Positions 18,433-27,605 of a DNA stretch of 49,485 nucleotides are shown here, in pieces (within the stretch, counting starts at the first letter, position 1; every line of letters begins with the position of its first letter). Source of the stretch: Armatimonadota bacterium (GTDB lineage: Bacteria; Armatimonadota; SYMT01); contig JBKBRF010000051.1 of the NCBI GenBank assembly GCA_046292385.1, positions 1 to 49,485 on the forward strand, given 5' to 3'. Below the pieces are notes generated by a model. It made no database searches, was not told the DNA's origin, and saw nothing but the letters and a program-made list of their open reading frames with translations. A program made the position numbers and the translations under genes.

Positions 18433-18790
18433 GTAGTGCGTATTGCGTATTGCGTAGCGACGCGCCGGCACCGCCTGGCGAAGCATCGTGCCGGGCGACT
18501 CGCTGCGGGGGAACGCTTTCGCGCGCCGCGGGACGCACCACTTAGCGGGCAGGCGCTCCGCTGGTGAGGGGCTGGTATTGCGTATCCCGTATTGCATAGC
18601 GAGACGCCGGAACCGCTTTGCGAGGCATCCTGCCGGGCGAGTCGCTGTGGGGGGACCCTCCGCTTAGCGGACAGCCGATACCTCGGTCTCGCAATGTCTT
18701 ACCGGGACAGGGGCAAAAAGGCGCTTCGCCCGGCAGGACGCCGCGCAAAGCGGGAAGAGCAGCTCGCTACGCAATACGGAATACGCACTA
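18433..18790. repeat. Three-copy repeat (two direct, one inverted) immediately 3' of the tRNA
   Basis: GTAKTGCGTATYSCGTATTGCRTAGCGA...CCGC..GCATCSTGCCGGGCGA at about 18433 and 18575, with an inverted copy at about 18726-18790. Confidence 0.8.
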
Positions 18791-18796
18791 GAAGCT

Positions 18797-18869
18797 TGGG
18801 CCCGCGGGGATTCGAACCCCGAACCAAGGGATTATGAGTCCCCTGCTCTGACCGTTGAGCTACAGGCCC
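18797..18869 (-). tRNA. tRNA with CAT anticodon, most likely tRNA-Ile2 (lysidine); CCA not encoded
   Basis: GGGCCTGTAGCTCAACGGTCAGAGCAGGGGACTCATAATCCCTTGGTTCGGGGTTCGAATCCCCGCGGGCCCA folds as a cloverleaf. The GACTCATAATC anticodon arm is like ileX, and the G1-C72 pair argues against an initiator tRNA. Confidence 0.93.
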
Positions 18870-19043
18870 TGGATGGCTGCATTCTAGCATGGGCGGGCGC
18901 TGCTCGCTACCTCACCGGCGCCCCGCGTGTGGGCGAGCCGAGCCTCAACAGAATGCGAAGGAACTTGGCCGCGCCTCCGTGCTCTCAAAGTGAGAGACAG
19001 TCGTGGATCGTGGGCCGTCGGCCGAGTGCGCAGGAGGGTGCGA

Positions 19044-20309
19044 ATGGTGCAGAGCAGGAGAGCGGTGTTCGCCGCCGCGGCGGTGATGGCGGTGGGGGCG
19101 GGCGTCTTCGCCCTGCGGGGCAGCGCCGCCGAGCCCCGGACGCTTGGGGGGACGCCGGTCCCCGGCTTCGAGACGGCAAGTCTCTCGACCGCCCAGTTCG
19201 AGAAGCTGCACGCCGCGCTGGAGCCGAAGGGCGAGCGCTGGACCGAAATCCCGTGGGAGACCGATCTCCAGCAGGCGCGCACCCGGGCCGCCCGGGAGGG
19301 GAAGCCGCTCTTCCTGTGGATCATGGACGGCCACCCGCTCGGCTGCACCTGAAACAACGGCGTGACGGGCCGTGAGCTCGTCTTCTCCAACCCGGACGTG
19401 ATCCGCCTGATCAAGGACTCGTTCGTCCCGTATGCCGGCGACCAGTGGTACCTCCACCGGCAGCAGGACGCGGACGGGGAGTTCTTCTGGAAGGTCGCGG
19501 GCCAGAGCCACCACAAGGACCAGCCCCGAAACCAGACCCGGCAGGGCGTCTACGCCGCGCTGGCGGACGGCCAGTTCCTCGGCTCCGACCACTTCCACCC
19601 GGATCCGGCGCGGATGGTGCGGCTGCTTCAGCGCTCCCTGGCGAAGGGGCAGCAGCTGGCCCCCGCCGCTGCCAAGGTGGAGCTGGCTGCCGCGGTCGAC
19701 ACCCGGTTCCAGCGCGTTCCTCCCCCGGGCGGGGTGGTCCTCGACGCGTACACCCGCATCCCGCAGCCGGCGAGCGCGACGGAGTGGACCCCGAACCACG
19801 CTACCGGCCGGGACCACGTGTGGATCACCAAAGAGGAAGCCCGCGCGCTGCTGCCGGCCCGCTGGGAGAAGGGCGCCGCCGTGCCGCTCTCGAAAGCGGT
19901 CACCGAGCGGCTGCTCCGCTTCCACCTGGTCGATAACGTGCGCGGCGAGCCGCCGATGTGGGGCCGGGACGAGATTCGCCAGGCCGACCTCCAGCTCGTG
20001 GTCGAGGATCCCGCGGCCGGCCGGCTGCGCCTGGCCGGGACCGCCGTGCTCCGGACCGCCGATTCATCCCGGGGCTACGAAGCGCGGCTGCAGGGCTACG
20101 TGGAGTACGACCGCGCGGCGGACCAATTCCGGCGCTTCGACCTCCTCTCGTGGGGCCGCGCGTGGGGCGAGGGTCCCTACACCCGCCGCGCGCCGGAGGG
20201 CAAGTTCCCGCTGCTGGTCGCCCTCTCCCTCGCGGGAGACGCTCCTGCCGACCGGGTGCCGCCGCAGGCGAGCCGGGACCGTGGTGACTACTTCGGGACC
20301 GGACGTTAG
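19044..20309 (+). CDS. Putative selenoprotein (421 aa, Sec at codon 103), exported thioredoxin-like/SelN-like protein
   Basis: AGGAGG SD and ATG at 19044, signal peptide. Single in-frame TGA at 19350-19352 within GKPLFLWIMDGHPLGCT*NNGVTGRELVFSNPDVIRLIKDSFVP. The frame continues into ORF 19362-20309, which has no SD. Confidence 0.8.
19364..19382 (+). promoter_or_regulatory. Candidate bacterial SECIS hairpin
   Basis: GACGGGC-CGTGA-GCTCGTC: 7-bp stem starting 11 nt after the UGA, with GU at apical loop positions 2-3. Confidence 0.7.
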
Positions 20310-20408
20310 AGTTCGTGTGGAGGCAGGCAAGGAAGGGTTTGTGGCCGCTAGAATCGGGAAATAGCCCTTCCAGGCACTCGCATCGGGTTCTGCTCTGATC
20401 TGTTAGAC

Positions 20409-22181
20409 ATGCACCTCCCTCGCCCGCTTACCGCTGCCCTTGCCGCTGGAGTCCTGCTCGCCGCGCCGCTCGCGTCGCTGCTGCCGGCGGACGCCGGGGA
20501 GTCGCTCGCGCTCCCTCCGCTGCCGCGCGCCACGCGGGGGCCCGTGCAGATCGCCTTCACTCCGGACGGAAAGCGGGCGCTGGTGACGGAGAGCGACGAG
20601 GGCACGCTGGCGGTCTTCGACGCGCAGTCCGGAGCCTTCCAGCGCCGCCTGCCCACCGGCGGAAAGCAGCCGGAGGCGATGGCGGTCACGCCGGACGGGT
20701 TGGCGTTGGTCGCCAACGCCCTTTCCGGCTCGGTAGCGCTGCTGGATCCGGCGAGCGGAAAGCAGGTCGCGCTCCGCAGCCTGCGCGGCGAGCCGGCCGG
20801 CGTTGCGATCTCGCCGGATGGGAAGTCGGCCTACGTCTCGCTGCCGCCGCTGGACCAGGTCGCCGTGCTGAGCCTGCCCGACCTGGAAGTGCGAGAGCGG
20901 ATCGGCGTCGGCCGCCGCCCGCGGGCGCTCGCGCTGACTCCGGACGGCGCCACGCTGCTCGCCGCCAATCTCCAGGGTGGCGACGTGAGCGTGGTGGACA
21001 CCGGGAGCCTCCAGGAGACCCGCCGCATCGAGGTGACCGGCCGCAACCTGCGCGGGATCGCCGTCACCGCGGACGGCAAGCGCGCCTTCGTGACCGGGCA
21101 GATCCCCGGCAACACCCGGGTGACGCGCGATCCGCTCGACATGTGGATCAACACACTCTTCGTGCTCGATCTCCGCCCCGAGGCGAAGGCGGGGAGCGCG
21201 GAGGGCTGGCTCGACTTCGCCGCCGCGTCCGCGCCCGATCCGGACGGCGTGACGGTGCTCGGACCGGAGCTGGTGGCGCTCACCCTGGCCGGCTCGGACG
21301 AGACGGTGCTGGTCCGCACCCCCGGGCCGCACCTGCGCAGCTACGACCCGCAGATCACGGCGCGGCGGGTAGTCGGCGCCCGCCCGCGCGGCATCGCGCT
21401 CTCGCCGGACCGCAAGCAGCTCTGGGTCGCCAACGAGCTGGAGAGCACGGTGGCGCTGCTCGACGCCGCCACGCTGAAGCTGATCCGGAAGATCCCGCTC
21501 GGCGCGCCGGAACGGGAAGATCCGCGCCTGGAAGGCCGCTACCTTTTCGGCAGCGCCAAGCTGGCCCGGGGCGGGCAGTTCTCCTGCGCCTCGTGCCATC
21601 CTAACGTCAGCACCGACGGTCTCTCGTGGCAGTTCGTCCACGTGCCGGACCGCGTCCCGAACCGCAACTCTCGCGCCCTCCGTGGCGGCGTGCCGGAGAC
21701 CTCTCCGTTCCGCTGGAGCGGCCACGAGAAGGAGATCGAGGACTTCTTCCAGGATGAGGTGGTCGGCCTCCTCGGCGGAGACCCCCAGCCGGCCCCCGCG
21801 CTCCACGCGCTGCGGCGGATGCTCGAAGGCGCCGAGCTGCCGGCGAACCCCTACCGCGCAGACGACGACAGCCTGACGCCCCAGGCGCAGCGCGGGAAGG
21901 CGATCTTCGAGGGGAAGGGCGGCTGCTCCGGCTGCCACTCCGGCCCGATGCACGGCGGCACCGGCACCCGCGCCTGGATCGGTACGACGGAAGCCGACCG
22001 CGACCTCGACGTCCCCCACCTCCGCGGCGCCTTCGACAGCGCCCCCTACCTGCACGACGGCCGCGCGGAGACGCTCGAGTCGATCTTCCAGCGCCACAAC
22101 GGCGAGAAGAAGCACGGCCGCGCCCACGAACTCTCCCCCGCGGAGCTGGCCGACGTGCTCCGCTACGTGCGGGAGCTGTAG
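20409..22181 (+). CDS. Exported YVTN/YncE beta-propeller fused to a di-heme cytochrome c (CcP/MauG-like) domain
   Basis: Signal peptide, repeated P..IA.TPDGK blades, CASCH and CSGCH heme motifs, RNSRAL, PFRWSG and APYLHDGRAETLE. Confidence 0.88.
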   Translation: MHLPRPLTAALAAGVLLAAPLASLLPADAGESLALPPLPRATRGPVQIAFTPDGKRALVTESDEGTLAVFDAQSGAFQRRLPTGGKQPEAMAVTPDGLALVANALSGSVALLDPASGKQVALRSLRGEPAGVAISPDGKSAYVSLPPLDQVAVLSLPDLEVRERIGVGRRPRALALTPDGATLLAANLQGGDVSVVDTGSLQETRRIEVTGRNLRGIAVTADGKRAFVTGQIPGNTRVTRDPLDMWINTLFVLDLRPEAKAGSAEGWLDFAAASAPDPDGVTVLGPELVALTLAGSDETVLVRTPGPHLRSYDPQITARRVVGARPRGIALSPDRKQLWVANELESTVALLDAATLKLIRKIPLGAPEREDPRLEGRYLFGSAKLARGGQFSCASCHPNVSTDGLSWQFVHVPDRVPNRNSRALRGGVPETSPFRWSGHEKEIEDFFQDEVVGLLGGDPQPAPALHALRRMLEGAELPANPYRADDDSLTPQAQRGKAIFEGKGGCSGCHSGPMHGGTGTRAWIGTTEADRDLDVPHLRGAFDSAPYLHDGRAETLESIFQRHNGEKKHGRAHELSPAELADVLRYVREL

Positions 22182-22254
22182 ATCTCTCGCCGACGGCTCG
22201 GCCTTGCAGCACGGGAGCCGGCGACTGCCTCACCTGTTTCCGCCGGAGGAGTTG

Positions 22255-22818
22255 ATGCGGCAGGTAATCGTCGTAACCGAGCTCCGGCAGCTACCACCGG
22301 AGGAGCGGTGGCAGAAGCTGGTCCTGCCGCTCGCGCAGGAGCTGTTGGAGAGCGGGCTGGGCAGCATCCCCGAGTTCGACAACCTTCAGCGGGAGTTCGC
22401 CGCACGCGGCACCTGCCCCGCGGAGGAAGTAGCCGTCCAGCTCACGCACCTGGCGTACGGTCGCGAGCTGGTGGATCGCGTCCTCTCCACCGCGGGAATC
22501 GCCCCCGGGTGTCCGGAGATGCCGCTGCGGTGGCGCGACTTCCACTGCCAGGATTACTTCGCCGGAGACTGGCCTGAGCGGGGGCACTTCGACGAGCTCT
22601 CTTACACGCCGGTAGTCTTCCCCTACCCCGAAGTCTACGAAGACGTTGAGAGCGAGTTTCTGGTGATCGGTACTTCCGGCGGAGACGGCGTCCACTTCGG
22701 CTATCGTCGCGGGCACTCCGGGCTCTGGGCCTACCCCATCGACGGAGAGTTCAAGTTCATGGCGCCCAGCCTGGCGGAACTGGTAGACGGCTGGTGTGCC
22801 GGCGAGCTCTCGACTTGA
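22255..22818 (+). CDS. Hypothetical protein with SMI1/KNR4 (SUKH)-like C-terminal half
   Basis: GGAGG SD before ATG at 22255. FLVIGTSGGDG...MAPSLAELVDGW resembles SUKH C-termini. Confidence 0.5.
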   Translation: MRQVIVVTELRQLPPEERWQKLVLPLAQELLESGLGSIPEFDNLQREFAARGTCPAEEVAVQLTHLAYGRELVDRVLSTAGIAPGCPEMPLRWRDFHCQDYFAGDWPERGHFDELSYTPVVFPYPEVYEDVESEFLVIGTSGGDGVHFGYRRGHSGLWAYPIDGEFKFMAPSLAELVDGWCAGELST

Positions 22819-22995
22819 AGGTACCCGCAGCACGCGCCGAGCGCTGCGGCCAGGCAAGGGCACGGCTGCCTCTAACCTCCCCCGCACTGCTCCAGACCCA
22901 ACACTCCCCCAACACAGGATCAGGACCGGTGCCGTAGAATCTAGACACACGGTCCTGACCTGCCGCCTCCAGGCGGCGCCACCGGGGGAGATCCG

Positions 22996-25794
22996 ATGTT
23001 CCACGCCCCGCTTCGCCTGCCGCCGCTCGCCCTCGCGCTCGCCGCGGCGCTCCTCGCCTGCGCTCCCGGCCTGGCCGGGGTGGCGGACGGCCGCAAGGCC
23101 CTGCACTCCGGCGACTACGCCGCGGCCGAGAAGGCATTGAAGGCGGCGCCCGCGGCGGAGAAGGCCCCGGCCGCGCTGGCGCTGGCGGAGCTCTACCGGC
23201 TCACCGGCCGCTACCCGGAAGCGCTGCAGGCGGCGGCGCAGGCGGCGGCGGTGAAGGCGACGCAGGCGGCGGCGCTCACGCTCACCGGCGAGGTGCTGCA
23301 CGAGACCGGCAAGAGCGCGGAGGCGATCGGACGCTTCCGGGAGGCGCTGAAGGCCGATCCGCGCCACCTCCGCGCCCGGATCTACCTCGGCACCGCGCTC
23401 CAGGAGACGGGGAAGGAGGCCGAGGCGGAGGCGGTGCTCGACCAGTTCTTCGAAGACTTCAACGCCGGGAAGATCGACGCGGAGAAGGCCGACCAGCTCA
23501 CCTACACCGCCATGGCGGCGCGGCGCCTGAAGGCGTGGCAGGACGCGAGCAGCACCTTCCAGCAGGCCGCCGAGAAAGACCCGCAGTTCCTGCTCGCCAA
23601 CCTGGAGTGGGGCGAGCTGTTCCTGGCCAAGTACAACGCCGCGGAGGCGGTGAAGTGCTTCCAGGAGGTGCTCAAGATCAACGAGAACCACCCGCGCGCG
23701 CTCACCGGGATGGCCTCCGTGATCGTGGAGACCTCTTACGACGTTCCCAAGGCGACCGCCCTCGCCGACGCCGCTCTGAAGCAGAACCCGAAGTACGTCC
23801 CGGCCTTCAACCTGAAGGCGCGGCTGGCGCTCGACAACGAAGAGTTCGCCAGCGCGGAGGCGCTGCTGAAGAAGTCGCTCGCCGTCAACCCGGCCGACCT
23901 GGAGGCGCTCTCCCTGCTGGCGGCGAGCCGCTATTTGCAGGACGACACCGCCGGCTACACGGCCCACCGGCAGAAGGTGCTGGCGCAGAACCCGCGCTTC
24001 TCCGACTTCTACTTCATCGTGGGCGAGCTGGCGGTCCGGCAGCACCGCTACGAGGATGCCGTCACCCTCAACCGCGAGGCGGTGAAGCTCGACGCTGAGA
24101 ACGCCAACGCCCTGGCGGCGCTCGCGACCAACCTGATGCGGCGCGGCATCTCCGGCGAGGAAGAAGCGCTCAAGCTGCTCGAGCAGGCGTTCGAGCTCGA
24201 CCCGTTCAACGTCCGCACCTTCAACACGCTCAACCTCTACGAAGAGGTGATCGCGAAGGACTACACCACCTTCCCTTCCGGGCCGTTCATCTTCCGCCTG
24301 AGCAAGAAGGAGAAGCCGCTGCTGGAGCGCTACGTGCCGCAGCTGATGCAGCGCGCGTGGGACGCCTACGTGAAGAAATACGGCTTCACCCCGAAGGGAC
24401 CGGTCACCGTGGAGCTCTTCACGCAGCGGCCCCACTACGGCGCACGGACCACCGGCCTGCCGGAGATCGGCGCCCAGGGCACCTGCTTCGGCCCGCTGGT
24501 AACCGCCATGTCGCCCGGCTCCGCGGAGGCGAGCTGGGAGCTGGTGCTCTGGCACGAGCTGGGGCACGTCTTCCACCTGGCGCTCTCGAAGAACCGCTCC
24601 GCCCGCTGGTTCACGGAAGGGCTGGCGGAGTACGAGACGAACATCGAGCGACCGCACTGGAAGCGGGAGCACGCGCTGGAGATCTACCAGTCGCTGGAGC
24701 GCGGCAACCTCTGGAAGATCTCGGAGCTCTCCGCCGCCTTCACCCGGCCCGACCGTCCGAACGGCGTGGTGATCGCCTACCAGCAGTCGTCGCTGGTAAT
24801 CCATTACCTGGCCGAGACGTTCGGCTTCCCGAAGATCGTCCAGGCGCTCAAGATGTACGGCGAGGGCAAGCAGGACGCCGAGATCCTGCCGGCGGTGACC
24901 GGCAAGAGCCTGGACCAGCTCGACGCCGGCTTCCGCGACTACCTGCGCCGCCGCTACGAGCACTACGTCAAAGGCTTCCAGTTCGATCCGGAGCGCTATT
25001 CGGACACGGCGAAGCTGAAGGCGGAGGCGCTGGCGAAGATCTCGGACGCGAACGCCCAGGCGGCGCTCGCCGCGGCGCTGCTGGAAGACGCGGCCCCGGC
25101 CGCCGTGGAGCAGGCCCGGAAGGCGCTGGCGCTCGACGGCAAGCACGCGCTGGCGCGGTTCGTCCTCGCCGCCGCCCTCTCCAAGACCGGCGACGCCGCC
25201 GGCGCGCGGACCGAGCTGGAGACGCTGCTCAAGAACGGGGTCGACGGCTACCCGGTCCGCCTGGCGCTCGGCCGTTTTGCCGCGGGAGCCGGGGACCTGG
25301 AGGCGACGATCGAGCACCTGAACGCCGCCAAGAAGTGGGACCCGGACCGCGCCGAGCCGTACAACCTGCTGATGCAGCTCTACCAGAAGCAAGAGCGCCG
25401 CGACGACCTGCTGAAGGAGACGGAAGCCTACCTCGACCTCCAGGAGCACGAGCACGAAGCCGCCCGCCTGCTGATCGACCAGTACTCCCTCGACGAGCGC
25501 TGGGAAGACGTCGTCCGCGTGGCGCCGCGGGTCATCTCCATCACCCCGAACGAGACCTACGTGCACCAGGTCTACGGCGCCGCCCTCGCCCACCTGAAGC
25601 GCCACCAGGACGCCATCTACGAGCTGGAGTCGGCGCTAGCCGGCGGTGTGCGGAAGCCGGGCGCCGTCCGCGGCCTGCTGGCGAAGCAGTACCTCCTGGC
25701 CGGTGACAAAGCGAAAGCGAAAGCCGCCGCGGAGCAAGCGCTGAAGGACGAGCCGAGCAACGCCGACGCGGCGGAGGTGCTGAAGGGGCTTTAG
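22996..25794 (+). CDS. Exported TPR-repeat protein with peptidase MA-like (gluzincin) domain
   Basis: Signal peptide, many TPRs, HELGH plus downstream WFTEGLAEYE, and AYQQS. Confidence 0.85.
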   Translation: MFHAPLRLPPLALALAAALLACAPGLAGVADGRKALHSGDYAAAEKALKAAPAAEKAPAALALAELYRLTGRYPEALQAAAQAAAVKATQAAALTLTGEVLHETGKSAEAIGRFREALKADPRHLRARIYLGTALQETGKEAEAEAVLDQFFEDFNAGKIDAEKADQLTYTAMAARRLKAWQDASSTFQQAAEKDPQFLLANLEWGELFLAKYNAAEAVKCFQEVLKINENHPRALTGMASVIVETSYDVPKATALADAALKQNPKYVPAFNLKARLALDNEEFASAEALLKKSLAVNPADLEALSLLAASRYLQDDTAGYTAHRQKVLAQNPRFSDFYFIVGELAVRQHRYEDAVTLNREAVKLDAENANALAALATNLMRRGISGEEEALKLLEQAFELDPFNVRTFNTLNLYEEVIAKDYTTFPSGPFIFRLSKKEKPLLERYVPQLMQRAWDAYVKKYGFTPKGPVTVELFTQRPHYGARTTGLPEIGAQGTCFGPLVTAMSPGSAEASWELVLWHELGHVFHLALSKNRSARWFTEGLAEYETNIERPHWKREHALEIYQSLERGNLWKISELSAAFTRPDRPNGVVIAYQQSSLVIHYLAETFGFPKIVQALKMYGEGKQDAEILPAVTGKSLDQLDAGFRDYLRRRYEHYVKGFQFDPERYSDTAKLKAEALAKISDANAQAALAAALLEDAAPAAVEQARKALALDGKHALARFVLAAALSKTGDAAGARTELETLLKNGVDGYPVRLALGRFAAGAGDLEATIEHLNAAKKWDPDRAEPYNLLMQLYQKQERRDDLLKETEAYLDLQEHEHEAARLLIDQYSLDERWEDVVRVAPRVISITPNETYVHQVYGAALAHLKRHQDAIYELESALAGGVRKPGAVRGLLAKQYLLAGDKAKAKAAAEQALKDEPSNADAAEVLKGL

Positions 25795-25842
25795 AGGGAT
25801 GAAGGATGAGGGATGAATCCGAGCGGCGGCCCGCGCGCATAG

Positions 25843-26414
25843 GCGAGGGGTTGAAAACCCCTCGCTGGGAACGGGCGTCCTCCGGACGATAAAAGCGGAG
25901 ACAGGTGCGGCGAAGTAAGGCAGAAATCTACCTGCACGTCGTCTGGGCCACGCGAAGACGAGAGCCGGTGTTGGACCCAGGGATGTGGGAGGCGGTTCGC
26001 GAGGCTATCGAGCAGGAGGCGTGCTCCCTGGGGTGTCAGGTGATAGCGCTGGACGGCACGGAAGACCACGCCCATCTGCTCGTCCGGATCCCCGGACGGG
26101 TATCTGCCGCGCAGCTCGCCAAGCAGATGAAAGGCAACGCTTCGCACGCTCTGAACCGGCTCATCCCGATTGGAGATGAGTTCCGCTGGCAGGAAGGGTA
26201 CGGCGCGTTCAGCGTCAGCCGCTCGCATGTCGCGCGGGTTCGGGCCTATATCGAGTCGCAGAGGGAGCGGCACGCTCGGGGCGACCTCTGGCCCGAATGG
26301 GAAGAGGTCGACGAAGAGGCCGGCCCGTAGTAGCCCGCGGTGCGCAGGAAGACATTCGGGGGTGGCACGTCCGGCAGGACGCCTGAATTCAGCGAGGGGT
26401 TTTCAACCCCTCGC
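25843..26414 (+). mobile_element. IS200-like/REP-flanked element: Y1 transposase between inverted palindromes
   Basis: GCGAGGGGTTGAAAACCCCTCGCT at 25843-25866 and its exact reverse complement at 26391-26414. Each has an inner CGTCCT(G)CCGGACG hairpin. Confidence 0.8.
25905..26330 (+). CDS. tnpA: IS200/IS605-family HUH (Y1) transposase
   Basis: HVVWATRRREP, EDHAHLL (HUH), KGNAS, WQEGYGAFSVS and catalytic YIESQ. No tnpB. Confidence 0.92.
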   Translation: MRRSKAEIYLHVVWATRRREPVLDPGMWEAVREAIEQEACSLGCQVIALDGTEDHAHLLVRIPGRVSAAQLAKQMKGNASHALNRLIPIGDEFRWQEGYGAFSVSRSHVARVRAYIESQRERHARGDLWPEWEEVDEEAGP

Positions 26415-26454
26415 GTTCGCCGCGACGGCGGCTACCGTCATCCCCCTGAACGAC

Positions 26455-27474
26455 TCAGATTGCCGAGTGGACTTCTCCCACCACCTCGCAGCGCGTGTTC
26501 AGGACCTGCGGGCGCGCGAGGGGCGCCAGGATCGCGGGGAGCTCTCTCGGCGCGGCGTCGAAGCGGCGGAGCAGCGCCAGGAGCACCGGCGCGAGCGGGC
26601 GGGCGGCGCCGTCCTCCACCTTGATTGCGATGCCGATCCCCTGTCCCGGGATGCCGGCCGCCTCGCAGCCTTCCGCGCCGCCTTTGCAGAAGACGGTCCC
26701 CGGCAGTGCCTCCATAACGACCGTGTCGAGCCCGCCTTCGCCGCGGACCATCCCCGGCTCGGCCATCATCGCCCCGGTAATCCGGCGCGCCGCTTCGGCG
26801 TCGGACTGGTCCAGGTAGGCCGGGTCCGCGAGCCGCGCAAAGCCGAGCGCCAGCTCCCGCAGCGGCATCAGGTAGGTCGGCACGCCGCAGCCGTCGATCC
26901 CCCACTGCAGCGCCCCTCGGTCCGCGCCGCACGCGGCAACCAGAATCCGCTGGATCTCCTGCTGGACCGGGTGCTCCGCTTCCCAGTAGCCGGCCAGGGG
27001 GGCTTCCAGCACGCATGCCAGGGCGAGCATGCCGGAGTGCTTGCCGGAGCAGTTGTTGTAGATCGGCGTCGGCTCCCGGCCCTCGCGGATCATCGCGTCG
27101 CGCGTCGGAATATGCGGCACGCCGTGTGGGCCGCAGCGGAGGTCGTCCTCCGTCGCCTCGATCCGCGCCAGGATCTGCCGCACCGCCTCCAGGTGGCGCG
27201 GCTCCGCGGCGTGCGAGGCGCAGGTGACGGCGATCTCGGCTTCGGTAAAGTGGAAGTAGTCGGCCGTCCCGCGCGCCACCGCCGCCAGCGCCTGCAGCGG
27301 CTTGAGCGAGGAGCGCGGGTAGGTGGGATGCTCCGGGTCGCCCGCGCTGAAGAGCAGCTCGCCCGCGCTGTTGACGACCACCACGTGTCCGAAGTGCCGG
27401 CTCTCCACCGCGGGGCCGCGCGTCACTTCCGCCAGCAGCGCCGGCTCCGGTCGGGAGGGAATCGGGGGGTTCAT
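26455..27474 (-). CDS. L-asparaginase II (Rhizobium etli-type, class 3)
   Basis: RGPAVESRHFG, RSSLKPLQA, CASH, NNCSGKHSG, DGCGVP and KGGAEG motifs. Confidence 0.9.
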   Translation of the reverse strand: MNPPIPSRPEPALLAEVTRGPAVESRHFGHVVVVNSAGELLFSAGDPEHPTYPRSSLKPLQALAAVARGTADYFHFTEAEIAVTCASHAAEPRHLEAVRQILARIEATEDDLRCGPHGVPHIPTRDAMIREGREPTPIYNNCSGKHSGMLALACVLEAPLAGYWEAEHPVQQEIQRILVAACGADRGALQWGIDGCGVPTYLMPLRELALGFARLADPAYLDQSDAEAARRITGAMMAEPGMVRGEGGLDTVVMEALPGTVFCKGGAEGCEAAGIPGQGIGIAIKVEDGAARPLAPVLLALLRRFDAAPRELPAILAPLARPQVLNTRCEVVGEVHSAI

Positions 27475-27605
27475 AGAGGATCGGTTCTTGGTCCGGATCG
27501 GTGGGACGGCCGCGGCCCGTCCGTGGAGTTATAGCCGACGCCCGAGGCTGGTTTCACACGCATCGCCGCCGCGGTCCCCTGACCGCAGCTCACGAGAGGC
27601 TCTCT

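Noticed and set aside
18433..18790. Repeats considered as a CRISPR array
   Set aside because: Only two direct units, the intervening sequences are homologous rather than unique spacers, the third unit is inverted, and there are no cas genes.
18797..18869. tRNA considered as tRNA-Sec or tRNA-fMet, or as a prophage/island attachment site
   Set aside because: The anticodon is CAT with a short variable loop and a paired first base. No integrase or duplicated tRNA 3' end was seen in the window.
18927..20309. Two independent genes or a nonsense pseudogene (ORF-track interpretation)
   Set aside because: Disfavoured but not excluded. The single stop is TGA at the redox site next to a Cys, a SECIS-like hairpin follows, there are no other lesions, and the second ORF has no SD.
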